From Octopus bimaculoides (taxonomy: Eukaryota), in the NCBI RefSeq assembly GCF_001194135.2, contig NC_068987.1:24455587-24519586 (forward strand): a DNA stretch of 64,000 nucleotides, given 5' to 3'. A model generated the notes under the pieces. The model was not told where the DNA came from, did no database searches, and was given only the letters and a program-made list of their open reading frames with translations. The translations under genes were made by a program, and so were the position numbers. Position 1 is the stretch's first letter. Each line of letters opens with the position of its first letter. Positions 26,710 through 39,649 of this stretch are shown piece by piece.

Positions 26710-28884
26710 AACTATAATAAAACATTCTCACTAAGTGGTACTTTATCACAACTGAAATATATTCATACAGAAAATGACCACACCACTGTGATATCTATTG
26801 TGAAACTTGTACTAAAAGTGATTATTTAATTCAACCCAGATGTATCCACACAAGAGGTAGACCATCACTAAGAATCTGCAGTAGTTAGTGAATCTGTTCA
26901 TATTATATTAGTGTAATAGATTTCAGCACTCAGTATCATCATCATCAATGTTTTATTATTCTTTGTTCCATACTGGTAGTCTGTCTGAGGATACAATATA
27001 TTTTTTATACACACTGAATATTTGTCCTGTTGAACATATAGCTGTTGTTGCTACTGTTAACTGCTCTTAAACTTCTTTAACATCTGAACTTCCAGTCATC
27101 TTTCAGCCTGACAAAATATCCCTATATCCTTTATGCTTTTGTAAATAGTATTGAATTACACCATACATGTTTATCAAGCCACAAAGGACTGGGATATTGG
27201 ACTATGTTTCAACTAGTATTTTGTATATTGACATGTTGATCTTTATACTCTTGACCATTCTTCCAAGTTAGGAATTTTTTGTGCAACACTATTCTGTTGT
27301 TACAGCCAAATCATCAGTGAATAAAAGTTTCCAAAAACAATAATCTTAAACTTTGTGTTGTAGACTCAAGAACTATAGTGAATAGAAAGTGAATGAGGAA
27401 AGAAACTTAGTGCATACACAACTACATGATTTACTCACCACCTAAACTTAATTGGCCAGAAATGACTCTCACAAATCATTTATCTGTATTTAATAACCTT
27501 ACTACACACATCAAACTACATACCTCAAGAACCTGTGAAAAGTGTTCTGCAAGATGACAGATTTTGAATAGAGTGTTATATTTACTTGTGGTTCTACATT
27601 GTTATACAAACACAAACTACATCTTATCCCACTGACATTATCATGTACTGTCTTGGCTAAAAAATCGATCTGTTATTTTAGACTTGGTTTATCACACAGA
27701 TCTCAATTCATTGGTCTGTAAGTTAGTAGGTATAGAGTGTTGCTGAGTAAATCATTGCCAATCAGTTTTCTATTTGATGTTGTCTAGGATGTTTGTATGT
27801 GTAGAAGCACCACTGTCTTATACATGTGAGCAGTATTACAATATAAATCTTACTTTAGAGGGTGAACATCTAACCAAGACTGAAGCATTTACTAATCTTT
27901 GAGAGGAACCCTAATATTTGTAGAGTCATTTTGGCAATGTTATATATGTGGGGGTCACCATGAGAAATAAGAGTGTGACCTTGGTGTTGTAGCAACTGAA
28001 AGGTTTTCATTGAGTGTTGTTTATGAATTGAAAGGCTGAGATACATGACTGTCTCCTTGATAATTGTAATGATTGTCTTTGTGTTGTTGAAAGACACTGG
28101 GATGTCTTATTAAAGAATACTGTTGATGTCATTGTTCATGGAAAAAGTATGTGAGTTGTATGTAGCCTCTTAGTCAAAACCACTAACCCTGTCCTTCATT
28201 CTTTCTTCTGCTGAGGAGAAAAACCAATCTGAACTTCACACTCACCTATGAAGTGGGTAACCAGCTGGTTGATATCTTTCTGAAGTATATTTTTCAAATG
28301 GTAAAATCCTTAGCATCACACAAATCCAAGGGTTTGGATCCTTCCTTATTTCTTGTACCATGTTTTCCATCTTGGTATTTCCTGAAAATGATCATTGAAA
28401 TTGCTTGCTATGACAATAATATCAACAAAATTGATTTTTGTGACAGCTTAAACAAAGACCTCAGAGAACCTTTCACTGTCAGTTTATCCAACTTATGGGA
28501 AGTAAAAGATCAAGGGTTTCAATGTTGTAAAACTTGATATACTTCATTGTATAATTAAAATATATTTCTACATTGAAGAAATACCAGTGGGAATATTTTA
28601 GGATCACTACTGTGATGTTAATGTCATAAACAAATATTAAAATTATACAAAATAGTATTTTATCTAAACCTCAGGCTGGGTAACAATGTACCAACTAGAA
28701 CATTCCAATAATGAACCCACTGTTTTTTGGGTAAACTACCATCAAAGATGAGAAAATATATAAAATAAATACCTCATTAAAATAAAATTTTGAAATATTA
28801 ACTTGTTTTCTTTTCCATAAAAATGTGTGTTTTCATTTACTCTTAATGTTCTATATCTGGGTTTACTCATTAAAATAATACATT

Positions 28885-29441
28885 ATGCTCAGACATAACT
28901 GGGTGTTTGAGAAGTTTGTTTCACAAATGTGTGGAAGTATAGGTTTTGTATAGTTGCACAGCATCTTTGGTATCTCATTTTCTATTATAACCTCAAACTA
29001 ACCAATCCCTTGTGAATGGAATTGGTTGTTGGAAACTATAGAAGCCTGTCAAAACTTCATATATATATATACACACACATAAACCGTCAATGGCACCTGT
29101 GCCCAGCATCGCCTTCCTGGCACTTGTACCAGATGGCATGTGTAAAGACATTCGAGTGAGATCGTTGCCAGTACCGCTGGACTGGCTCCTGTGCAGGTGG
29201 CACGTAAAATACACCATTTTGAGCGTGGCCGTTGCCAGTACCGCCTGACTGGCCTTCGTGCCGGTGGCACGTAAAAGCACCCACTACACTCTCGGAGTGG
29301 TTGGCGTTAGGAAGGGCATCCAGCTGTAGAAACTCTGCCAAATCAGATTGGAGCCTGGTGTAGCCATCTGGTTCACCAGTCCTCAGTCAAATCGTCCAAC
29401 CCATGCTAGCATGGAAAGCAGACGTTAAATGACGATGATGA
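28885..29441 (+). mobile_element. Old family A remnant (28885-29075) followed by a family B element (29085-29441)
   Basis: B: tandem units of about 70 bp (gttgccagtaccgc...ggtggcacgtaaaa), gagtggttggcgttaggaagggcatccagc, tail cccatgctagcatggaaagcagacgttaaatgacgatgatg. Confidence 0.8.
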
Positions 29442-30415
29442 CATACATGCATACATATAGGGGAAAATTAAGATAAACATAAGTATAAATTATTAGTTTC
29501 TATGTATATATTTACATATATAATTTATTTATTTACTAGTATACTTTTACTTTTTATCCTTAATACTTTCTTGTTCAGTCTTTTCTTCCTTTTTTTCTCT
29601 CTCCACCTCTTGCTTTCTTTCCACTCACTTCTCTAAATACTTATAAATTACCACACCATGTGCCTGACTTTAGATATTAAATCTCTATAACAGAATGTAA
29701 TACTGTTTCCCTGATGATCCATTGCGTTTAGGCATCCAAATCCATTTGGAGTTGAAATAACTGCAATGGTGAAATGTTCAAAGGAGCTAAATATTTATAC
29801 TAGGATTAATTTTAATTTTTCCGTCCAAATGCTCTGTATATCATAACTAGTAACCCTACCAAGGACAGTGATAGGCTAATCACAATACTGGAAACTGACT
29901 GGATAATGATAAGCTATGTGGAGCTCTATTTCATACTGTAGTAGTCATACATTGAACTGAATACAATATAATGTTTGTGTGTAGTTGTGTCTCCTTGTCC
30001 TGATATCATGTGATAATTGTAAATGAGTGTCACCAGCATGCAAGTGATGTCATTCATTTTCAATCTTTTGTAAAAAGCATGTTTGACTATAGGAAAATAT
30101 TACCTTTCTTAGAAACAGATGGGTGTTAGCAACAAAAAATGCATCCAGTCCTAGAAAATCTGCCTCATTGAAATCTGTTTGACCCATGCTAGCATGAAAA
30201 AATGGATGTTAAATATCAATGATAATGATTTATTGTCATGTTGCAACCATTCTTAATGTAAAACACCTTCCAGATGTATTGGAAAACATTTTCTTATATC
30301 TTTGTTTGAAGAGTCAATTGCTACTAGAAAGAATTAACTGTTTTACAATATATTCCATATACTTTTGGAATATGACACTAGAATATTTGCACATAGAGTT
30401 TTGCATTAGTTTTCT

Positions 30416-30580
30416 CACATGTTACACTTTCCCCCCTATCAATATATTTTACATGTTGCACATTTCTGTATCAATAAACCACAGCATATTTCACACATGC
30501 TTTTTACTATCAATAAATTTCAGTATATTCCCCACATGTTGCACTTTTCACTATCAATCAATCAGTTTATTTCCCTGTCA
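30416..30580. repeat. Degenerate minisatellite (about 35-45-bp unit)
   Basis: Recurrent cacatgttgcactttt..ctatcaata. Confidence 0.55.
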
Positions 30581-31299
30581 ACCTTTACTCTTGTATCAAC
30601 ATTCTTTATGATTAATGATTCTTCACATGATGCACTTTATTCAATTCTACAACTACATTTTTGTCATCTTGAGTTGATTGAGCTAGGAAGGGAAATGATG
30701 GATGATGATGAACTGGTAAAAATAAGTGTTAATTTCTATCTGTGGTGCCATGTCATTCAGCTGCATTTTTTCCTTTACTGCCACTTTCCACATCATAATG
30801 GCATGGAGCACAAAATTATGAACGTTACCTACTCTTCTTTTAGCAATAAATCCAAATTCTTTGGCTCATTCATAGTTAAATGATCCCTTTCTGTTTTGAT
30901 AGCTTAAAAAGGAACCAAAGAATCTACAACTCTACGCTGAAGTCTTGGACACATGTGTTAACAACATGACTTGCGTACAGTGAGCAAGTGGCAAATTGTA
31001 ATTTAAAAACAAAAATTACTTGACAAAATTCTCAACTGCCTTTCTTCTGTCTCTTTACATTGTGACTTTAAATGCCACTGCAGTCATCTTTTCCTTTTAT
31101 CCCTCAAGGTGTCAATAAAGTTATGTACCAATTAAGTATTAGACCTTCCCTCCAAACTGCTGTCCTTGTGTCCAGATTCGAGAGAATTATATATAAAAAA
31201 AGCAAAATTCTGATATTTGCATTTTTAAAGGGTTTTATGAACACAAAATTTTAGTGTATCTGACGTAATCTAAATAACTTTTTTTCAGTCATGTCTACA

Positions 31300-31985
31300 A
31301 AAACGAGTACAAATTAGCATCCAGTTTCGTTTAAAGCCTGACCACCCTGATCCAACTCCAGCAAAACTTAACCAAAAACATTCCTTCTCCATTCTACCAA
31401 TCACATCATTACATGAACAGATCTGAAAATACTTCTGGTCACTCCAAACCAACATGATCACTGGTTCTGGCAATATCCCTTTTATAATGTGCTGTAAAGT
31501 CAGGTACCATTTTTGCCAAGTTTTTGTCAATCTCTCAAAAGTTATATGTGAATACATGTTATAGTCTTCCCCATCAGCTTAACTCTTTTACTTTGAACAA
31601 CTAAATAGTAATGGAAACAACTGTTAATAACTGCCTTCTCTAATATCGACCACAAATATGACTCCTGTAGAGCCAGAGCTACTATGGATCTGCTCTTTCA
31701 TGTCACTCTCTATTTCCTTTTCCATTGAGAAAAATGACAAAGAAAAATAATGGGAAGGTACTTAATTGTATCTTATCATCAAAAATCTATCTAATCTGCC
31801 TGCCTATAGGCTTCATCCAAATACTGTCTCTTGTGTTAGACAATTCTTATTAGATGTTTGGGCACTTTGTGGCTACATGACTCAAGTTATTTTGCCTACA
31901 CTTTTCCTACTGTACATTAACGATCTACTTAGTCACTTCCGACAAAGCTCATTCTCATGCAAACAATATCCCTATTCACTTTCAT
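31300..31985 (+). mobile_element. CR1/L2-like LINE RT fragment (degenerate)
   Basis: KYDSCRARATMDLLFHVT (cf. QxGFRxxRSTxDLL); LPTLFLLYINDL; HSHANN (cf. HxYADD). Confidence 0.6.
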
Positions 31986-31987
31986 AA

Positions 31988-32232
31988 GTGGCACGTAAAA
32001 AGCACCAACTGATCGTGGCCGTTGCCAACCTCCTCTGGCCCTTGTGCCGGTGGCATGTAAAAAGCACCCACTACACTCATAGAGTGGTTGGCGTTAGGAA
32101 GGGTATCCAGTTGTAGAAACACTGCCAGATCAGACTGGAGCCTGGTGCAGCCTCCTGTCTTCCCAGACCCCGGTCGAACCATCCAACCCATGTTAGCATG
32201 GAAAACGGACATTAAACAATGATGATGATGAT
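31988..32232 (+). mobile_element. Family B element
   Basis: gagtggttggcgttaggaagggtatccag...cccatgttagcatggaaaacggacattaaacaatgatgatg. Confidence 0.85.
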
Positions 32233-32799
32233 AATGTTATAATTACTTTGCATTACAAATAGAATAATTATATCGACATAGTTCTTTTCAAAAATCCTGC
32301 TTACTGTCTCTGTGTGTTATAGATTATTCTTAGTAGCTTTTGCCTTGTGTGTGTGTACAGAATGTTTATATTGTTGTTGAATGTGTTGGCTGGTTGTATT
32401 TCAGCATCCTCTAGTGTTGTTGAATGAACTTTGTTGGTGTCTAAGATAATATTCTCAACAATACAGATCTATAGATATCACATTAAATATGTTGGATGTA
32501 ACAGCAATAGTTTGACAGTTGTCTTCAGTATGTAATCCATCAGACATAAAGAAGTGACTCTCTCAATTGTCATGTGTAACCAGTTGTCAAGTATTTATAA
32601 CCAGCTAAATTCAAATCTTCTGTAGTAGAACAAGCAATTTACACAACTTCCAAACAAAGTTTCAAACTACCTAACTTACAAACTACACAGTCTTACTTAA
32701 ACTTTGCATAATCAAACATAGTTAATATTGGTCAAAGGATAATTAGTAACTATTCTTTATTGTTTCAGTAAATTTATTTCATTTATGAAAGGTTTGCAG

Positions 32800-33420
32800 T
32801 ACAAAGATCAGGAAGAATAGTGTATAATCCGAAGGCAAAAATCGAAGTACAAGAAAAAAGAAAATCCCAGTGCCATAAGGGAAATTATGCTTACTGAATA
32901 TATACGAATGGAGTTGTTAGAAATGTAGTATTTCTGACAACCTAGGAATAATGAAATGTAGGCATAAGGAATGAAGTAGAGTGAAATGTATGTACAAGTA
33001 GTAGGAATAAGAAAGGGATGGAAGAAGTTCAAGGAGCTATTACATCTTTTGATAATAAGGGATTTCCTTCTTTGTACAAAATACAGACTGTATGATGAAT
33101 GTGTAAGAATTGTAAAGTATGGCAGTGAGACACAGGTTCTGAATGTAGAACTGAGGCACATTAAGAAAATCAGCTGAATACAATCTGTTGAATGTGTATG
33201 TTATCTTTCATGAGAGGCAGAGCACAAATGATCTGGAAAAGTGACTGTGTATTAAAGGTGTTTGGCAATGAATGCAAGAAAGATGACAACACTGGTTTAG
33301 ACATTGTATATCATACCAGGATAACATCTGCTGGATAGAAAAGAGGGTTGAGCTGATGGTAGAAGGTACTCTTGACAAAATGAATTATTCAAGACAGTCA
33401 GTCAAGTATGATGATGCTTA
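32800..33420 (+). mobile_element. RTE-clade LINE 3' fragment (old)
   Basis: GIRKGWKKFKELLHLL...RLYDECVRIVKYGSET. Confidence 0.7.
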
Positions 33421-33570
33421 TAGTGTAAACCTATATCAGTATGGAAAAATACATATCTTATAATTTAAATAAGTGTTTTCTATTATTTATTTCAGTCACG
33501 AAAAAGTTATAAACGATAAGTCACTAGTTCACATTGCTGTTTTGCTTAATGACCATCATACATTAGCATT

Positions 33571-35100
33571 TTATGGTTCATTCTGATCACACTCATCTAG
33601 TTTCTCACCTGCATGGATATGTTTGTGGATAGTTAAATTATAATTCCTAGAGTATGTTTTACCACATACATCACAGTGATATGGTTTTTCTCCTGTATGG
33701 CTGCGTTTGTGAGCAGATAAATGAGCCTTTTGAGTGAATGTTTTACTACATATATCACAATGGTAGGGTTTCTCTGCTGTATGAATATGTTTATGAACAG
33801 ATAAATTATCACTGTATGAAAATCTTTTATCACAGATATCACAGTGGTATGGTTTCTCTCCAGTATGAATACGTTTGTGGAGAGATAAATTACCATTTTT
33901 AGTGAACATTTTACCACAGATATCACAGTGATATGGTTTCTCTCCTGTATGGATACGTTTGTGGGAGGACAAACTACAACTTTGAGAAAATGTTTTACCA
34001 CAAATATCACAGTGATATGGTTTCTCTCCTGCATGGCTACGTATGTGGGAAGACAAACAAGCACTAACAGAAAATGTTTTACCACAAATGTTGCAGTGGT
34101 GCGGTCTTTCTCCAGTGTGAATAGTTTGTTTATGGTAAAACAAACTACCCCTGTGACAGAACGTTATACCACAAATATCACATTGGTATGGCTTCTCTCC
34201 AGTGTGGATACGTTTGTGGACAGATAAGCTAAAATTTCTAGTGAAAGATTTACCACATATATCACAGTGATATGGTTTCTCTCCTGTATGGGTACGTTTG
34301 TGGGAAGACAAACAACTAGTTTGAGAGAATGTTTTACCACAGATATCACAGTGGTATGGTTTCTTTCCTGTGTGAATAGGTTTATGGTAAATTAAACTGC
34401 CTCTGTCAGAAAATGTCTTACCACAGACATCACAATGGTATGGTTTCTCTCCTGTATGAGTGCGTTTGTGAATAGATAAAGTTACATTTTTAGAGAATGC
34501 TTGACCACAGATATCACAGAGGTATGGTTTCTCTCCTGTGTGGGTACGTTTGTGGTAAGACAAGGTACCACTTTGTGAAAATCTTTTCCCACAGATGTCA
34601 CAGTGGTATGGTTTCTCTCCTGTGTGGATGTAGTTGTGAGAAGACAAACTACCACTGTGTGAAAATTTTTTACCACAAACATAACAGTGGTATGATTTTA
34701 CTCCTGTGTGGATACGTTTATGGGAAAATAAACCATAACTTTGAGAAAATGTTTTATCACAGATATTACAATGATATGGTTTCTCTCCTGTGTGGATTCG
34801 TTTGTGGGAAGATAAACCACCACTTTGAGAAAATGCTTTACCACAGATATCACAATGATATGGTTTCTCTCTTGTGTGAATATGCTTGTGGAGCGATAAA
34901 GAACTCCTTGTGGTAAATCTTTTACCACAATCTTCACAGTGAAAAAGTTTGGTGACTGAGTGACATAATTTATGTTGAATTAAATTCTTTCTAGTTGAGA
35001 ATATCTTGCCATAAATATCAGGAGGTTGTGATTTCTTTTTCATATTTTTCTGTGGTTGAATTGATAAATCAATATTTTCAGACTGTTTTTTCTCATTCAT
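33571..35100 (-). CDS. G5: C2H2 zinc-finger protein, 16 fingers plus 1 degenerate first finger
   Basis: 521-aa ORF (to 35136). Preferred start MNEKKQ at 35100 by homology with G4. One finger has HxxxxH spacing. Confidence 0.93.
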   Translation of the reverse strand: MNEKKQSENIDLSIQPQKNMKKKSQPPDIYGKIFSTRKNLIQHKLCHSVTKLFHCEDCGKRFTTRSSLSLHKHIHTREKPYHCDICGKAFSQSGGLSSHKRIHTGEKPYHCNICDKTFSQSYGLFSHKRIHTGVKSYHCYVCGKKFSHSGSLSSHNYIHTGEKPYHCDICGKRFSQSGTLSYHKRTHTGEKPYLCDICGQAFSKNVTLSIHKRTHTGEKPYHCDVCGKTFSDRGSLIYHKPIHTGKKPYHCDICGKTFSQTSCLSSHKRTHTGEKPYHCDICGKSFTRNFSLSVHKRIHTGEKPYQCDICGITFCHRGSLFYHKQTIHTGERPHHCNICGKTFSVSACLSSHIRSHAGEKPYHCDICGKTFSQSCSLSSHKRIHTGEKPYHCDICGKMFTKNGNLSLHKRIHTGEKPYHCDICDKRFSYSDNLSVHKHIHTAEKPYHCDICSKTFTQKAHLSAHKRSHTGEKPYHCDVCGKTYSRNYNLTIHKHIHAGEKLDECDQNEP

Positions 35101-36082
35101 AACTTTCTCTTTGAATCTATCAATCAATACACACATACATATATTATATGATAGTGAGAATAGGTTTGGTTAAGAAAAACCTTAAGTGATTGCTTCGATT
35201 AACAAACTGTCTCCAGATATTTAAATTCTTACACATAAAATACATAAAACACCAGGATAAAGATTCCCAGTTTAATCTAAATCTCTAAGAATACACTTCC
35301 AGCCAATAAAGGTATATTATAGTAAACCATTTCAATTCCAAGGAAATATTCCAAATTCATTCAACCAAAAGCTATAGAAACAATTTGACATCTGCTTGAA
35401 GTTCTTTTTAGTCTTCAAAAGTTGATAAGTATGTTGATCATCTTCAGTGAAATATTTATCTCAATGTCAACAGAAAACCTGAAATAAAAACACAACATGA
35501 GGGTCAGTGAAGTGCTAACATGAAGGTTATTGGAGAGATAATACTTCACTAAAAGTTAGAACGATAAGATATTTTTGAGATGCAACTTAGAACATAAGGT
35601 CCTAAGAAATATCTCTCTTTTTGATCAAACTGCTATGGTCGCTTAAGATTGAGAGGAAACAGAGGATTACTTGCTTAACATACCGTTTAGGAGTTTCCAT
35701 AGTGAAACCATATTCAACACCGTATTCATGAATTTATTTCTCTCACATGATACATGGGATCTTTTTAAAAACCTTTTTCTATTAATCAAACAAAAAATAA
35801 ATGACTCTAAAAAATTTAGGCATTCTTTTGATATAGATACTTTATCCGTCATTCTTTCCCAGCTGTTTTGATGGCGTATTCGGTATAATCCATAAAAAGA
35901 TTTTATGTATTTATTTTTTGTTTTGATATACCACACANNNNNNNNNNCGACTTTCATTCTCTTGACAGCTACTGTTACCGATGCACTCACACACATACAG
36001 TCAAACACACACAGACATATACATAAATCTATTTTATGCTTATGTATTTTTTACTGTTGTTATACTTAATTTTTATGTAATT

Positions 36083-36364
36083 ATCGTTGCCAGTGCCGCC
36101 GAACTGGCTCCTGTGCAGGTGGCACGTAAATACACCATTTTGAGCGTGGCCGTTGCCAGTACTGCCTAACTGGCCTTCGTGCCGGTGGCACGTAAAAGCA
36201 CCCACTGCACTCTCGGAGTGGTTGGCGTTAGGAAGGGCATCCAGCTGTAGAAACTCTGCCAAATCAAATTGGAGCCTGGTGTCGCCATCTGGTTTCACCA
36301 GTCCTCAGTCAAATCGTCCAACCCATGCTAGCATGGAAAGCGGACGTTAAACGACGATGATGAT
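36083..36364 (+). mobile_element. Family B element
   Basis: Near-identical to 29160-29441. Confidence 0.85.
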
Positions 36365-36830
36365 GTATGTTATTTTTCAGATATATTTTTGTAATTTTTT
36401 TGTCTTGTTTCTTGAACCTTTCATACATACATACATACATACATGATGGTTTCTAGAAACACACACATTGGATGGATCGTAAAAATAAATATATAAAAAT
36501 GATGAGTGATTTTCATTTAATGCAGAGAGAAAATTGCTGACATGAGAGAGGATTGAACCCCAGACGCTGTGTGCGTTTATGTATGTATTTCAACGGCACA
36601 GCCTTGTCATACAATGTTTCACGCTGATACTGTCTGAGAATTACATTAACGGTACATGGGTTTGTGGAATACTCAGCCACTTACACGTTAATTTCGTTGA
36701 GTAGGTAATTCATTTGATCGAACCACTGAATGCTCATCGTCGAAACCGACGGAGAAACCATCGTATATGTATGTATGAAAGATTCAAGAAAAAAGACAAA
36801 AAAATATCTAAAAAATAATATACGATTCAT
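36365..36830. repeat. About 80-bp inverted repeats enclosing a minus-strand tRNA-like head and a family C 3' fragment
   Basis: ...ttcttgaacctttcatacatac...gatggtttct vs agaaaccatcg...gtatgtatgaaagattcaagaa... Confidence 0.7.
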
Positions 36831-38564
36831 AAAAACAATTACAGAAAAATTAAGTATAACAATAGTAAACAAATACATAAGCATAAAACAGATTTATGTC
36901 TGTGTATGTGTGTGGATAACTGTGTGAATCTGTCTGTGTATGTGTGTGAATGACTATGTGTGTGTGTNNNNNNNNNNNNNNNNNNNNNNNNNNNNNNNNN
37001 NNNNNNNNNNNNNNNNNNNNNNNNNNNNNNNNNNNNNNNNNNNNNNNNNNNNNNNNNNNNNNNNNNNNNNNNNNNNNNNNNNNNNNNNNNNNNNNNNNNN
37101 NNNNNNNNNNNNNNNNNNNNNNNNNNNNNNNNNNNNNNNNNNNNNNNNNNNNNNNNNNNNNNNNNNNNNNNNNNNNNNNNNNNNNNNNNNNNNNNNNNNN
37201 NNNNNNNNNNNNNNNNNNNNNNNNNNNNNNNNNNNNNNNNNNNNNNNNNNNNNNNNNNNNNNNNNNNNNNNNNNNNNNNNNNNNNNNNNNNNNNNNNNNN
37301 NNNNNNNNNNNNNNNNNNNNNNNNNNNNNNNNNNNNNNNNNNNNNNNNNNNNNNNNNNNNNNNNNNNNNNNNNNNNNNNNNNNNNNNNNNNNNNNNNNNN
37401 NNNNNNNNNNNNNNNNNNNNNNNNNNNNNNNNNNNNNNNNNNNNNNNNNNNNNNNNNNNNNNNNNNNNNNNNNNNNNNNNNNNNNNNNNNNNNNNNNNNN
37501 NNNNNNNNNNNNNNNNNNNNNNNNNNNNNNNNNNNNNNNNNNNNNNNNNNNNNNNNNNNNNNNNNNNNNNNNNNNNNNNNNNNNNNNNNNNNNNNNNNNN
37601 NNNNNNNNNNNNNNNNNNNNNNNNNNNNNNNNNNNNNNNNNNNNNNNNNNNNNNNNNNNNNNNNNNNNNNNNNNNNNNNNNNNNNNNNNNNNNNNNNNNN
37701 NNNNNNNNNNNNNGATTCCGTAAAAAAAAATTAATAAATAAGGTGGGGAGGTTCAGATTACATATAGTCCGTCTCTACCTTTGGTTTTTTGTTTTGGTGA
37801 CCGGATGTTAAAGCAAACATTGATCGATTTTTGTACAAAAGAAATGTGTAAGTTAAATATGAACGGTACTTATATAACAATGTACTTACTTGTAAAATGA
37901 AATAGAGATGTTGGGGGACTTGAAATTGATGAGAGCATTGATACATTGAGCAGAACTTTGAACTACTTATAAGATATCTCTATTCTGCTTAACGAACAAT
38001 CTCTTAAATTAATTACTTATTATTAACACTGTGAATAAATGTAAACAAAGAAATAGTATATCTACAGTGTTTATAGATTTAGAGGAGTGTGAGGTTCACA
38101 TATTGGAACTGTCAGTGGTTGTGTGCGAAGAAATTACCTCTAATCAATAGAGAGCGAAGCACTTTGTTTCTACGTGAAAACTTCAAATTCTTCAGTGTTT
38201 TTTATTTAAAAACGGGGATGCACTGTACGTAACATTTACTGCATTTTTGACTTCGAGGAAAATTTTTTTTTATATATGTTCACTACCTTACAACACCTAT
38301 TAATCAGCTAAGCAAATGACCTTCTCTAAATGCATTAAAAAAAGCTATAACATATTCAGAACTCACTGTTTCAGAAAATTATCTCTGTTTTCTTTAAGTA
38401 CATAAAAGACAAGTTTATCTCGGGAAAAATGAGGAAGACAAAATAATGTAAATTTGCCTCTTCAGAATTACATTTGTAAAAAAAGAGTCATACGCTTCAA
38501 TATCCGGATCTTTCCTGTTTGACTTTCACTTTTACTAAATTCACTTTCACTAAATTCCTTTAAT

Positions 38565-39505
38565 TTTGTTCCACTGTCATGAAAGTTCAGGGATCTCAAC
38601 CCTGGTGCGGAAAGATGCTGACGACCTACCGCACTATATAGTCGAGATTGTTATCATGATTTCAAGCCTTACATTGCCAGATATCACATTGGAAGGTAAG
38701 ACCCGCGTGCCTGAAGATGTGTCAAATGCCACTGCGGAAGAGGTTTATGCTTCTCCAAGTACATCTAGTCAATCAGGTGATGACGGAGGTGGGTTAAACC
38801 CAAGTACTGGACACCTTCCTCCCGACGGTCCTAGTGTGAAAAAGAGGGGTATTCACCTACATAAGGAGTAGATCATTGCCACATGGAATGTCAGAAGAGA
38901 CTCATCACGGGGAAGCTAAATGTGATAACATCTGAGATGAAGGGATGCAGAGTGAGTGTCCTCGGGCTGTTGGAACACTGGCTGAACGGTCAGGGAAGAT
39001 TCACAATACAGAGTGGAGACACGGTCTTCTTCTCAGGAAGGGAGACCGGTCGAGGTAATGGAGTGGGATTTGAATAATAGTAACTGGGTCTATTTTGTAA
39101 TTTTTCAGACAGAAGTAAGGTATAAGAGGAGTTAGAACAAGAGAGAAGACAGTTCCATAAAGAAGTGCTGATCTCTCAAAGTCGATGGAACATGTAAAAA
39201 AGGGGGGGGGTCCAGAAAGATATGGGACAAAGTACTGAAGGACGACCTCAGGACGTTGAACCTTTCAGATGAGATAAAAAGTGACCGAGATACTTGGCAC
39301 CTTGCTGTACTCAAAGACCCGTACTCCACAACAGAAATATTCAGGCTGTACCCCTGGTGAAGAACACTGGCTTGCAAGAGTCCTGTGCCAGTGCCATGCA
39401 TAAGCGCTTGTATGGTGCCATGTAAAAGCACGCAGAACATTCTGTAAAGTGGTTAGTTTTAGAAAGGCATCTAGCCATAGAAACCATGCTAAATTAGACT
39501 GGAGT
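38565..39505 (+). mobile_element. Internally deleted RTE: 5' region and APE N-terminus joined to the ORF C-terminus and a family B-like tail
   Basis: IIATWNVR..; LITGKLNVITSEMKGCRVSVLGLLEHWLNGQGRF..GDTVFFSG..GNGVGF, then at 39140-39330 KKC*SLKVDGTC...PERYGTKY/IWDKVLKDDLRTLNL..DRDTW. Confidence 0.75.
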
Positions 39506-39649
39506 CACTTAGCTAGAGTATACCCAGAGCGGCTCTTCCTTTTGCCGCCCCTGGACCCCACAAAAAACTACATATTGCCTACAGCCGACCTAAAAGTACC
39601 ACCCCTTTGAAATTATCGCCCGGGGTGGACCGCCCCTACAGTCCCACCC

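Noticed and set aside
27860-28560. Possible degenerate Penelope or LINE RT on the minus strand (also 27100-27350, 51000-51290, 52380-52720, 63000-63300)
   Set aside because: Only faint motif resemblance by eye; needs a profile search
33633-34937. Alternative-frame and antisense ORFs over ZNF genes (e.g. 33633-34085, 34497-34916; also 1655-1903, 25790-25999)
   Set aside because: Expected by-products of the 84-bp finger repeat and its codon usage; no independent motifs
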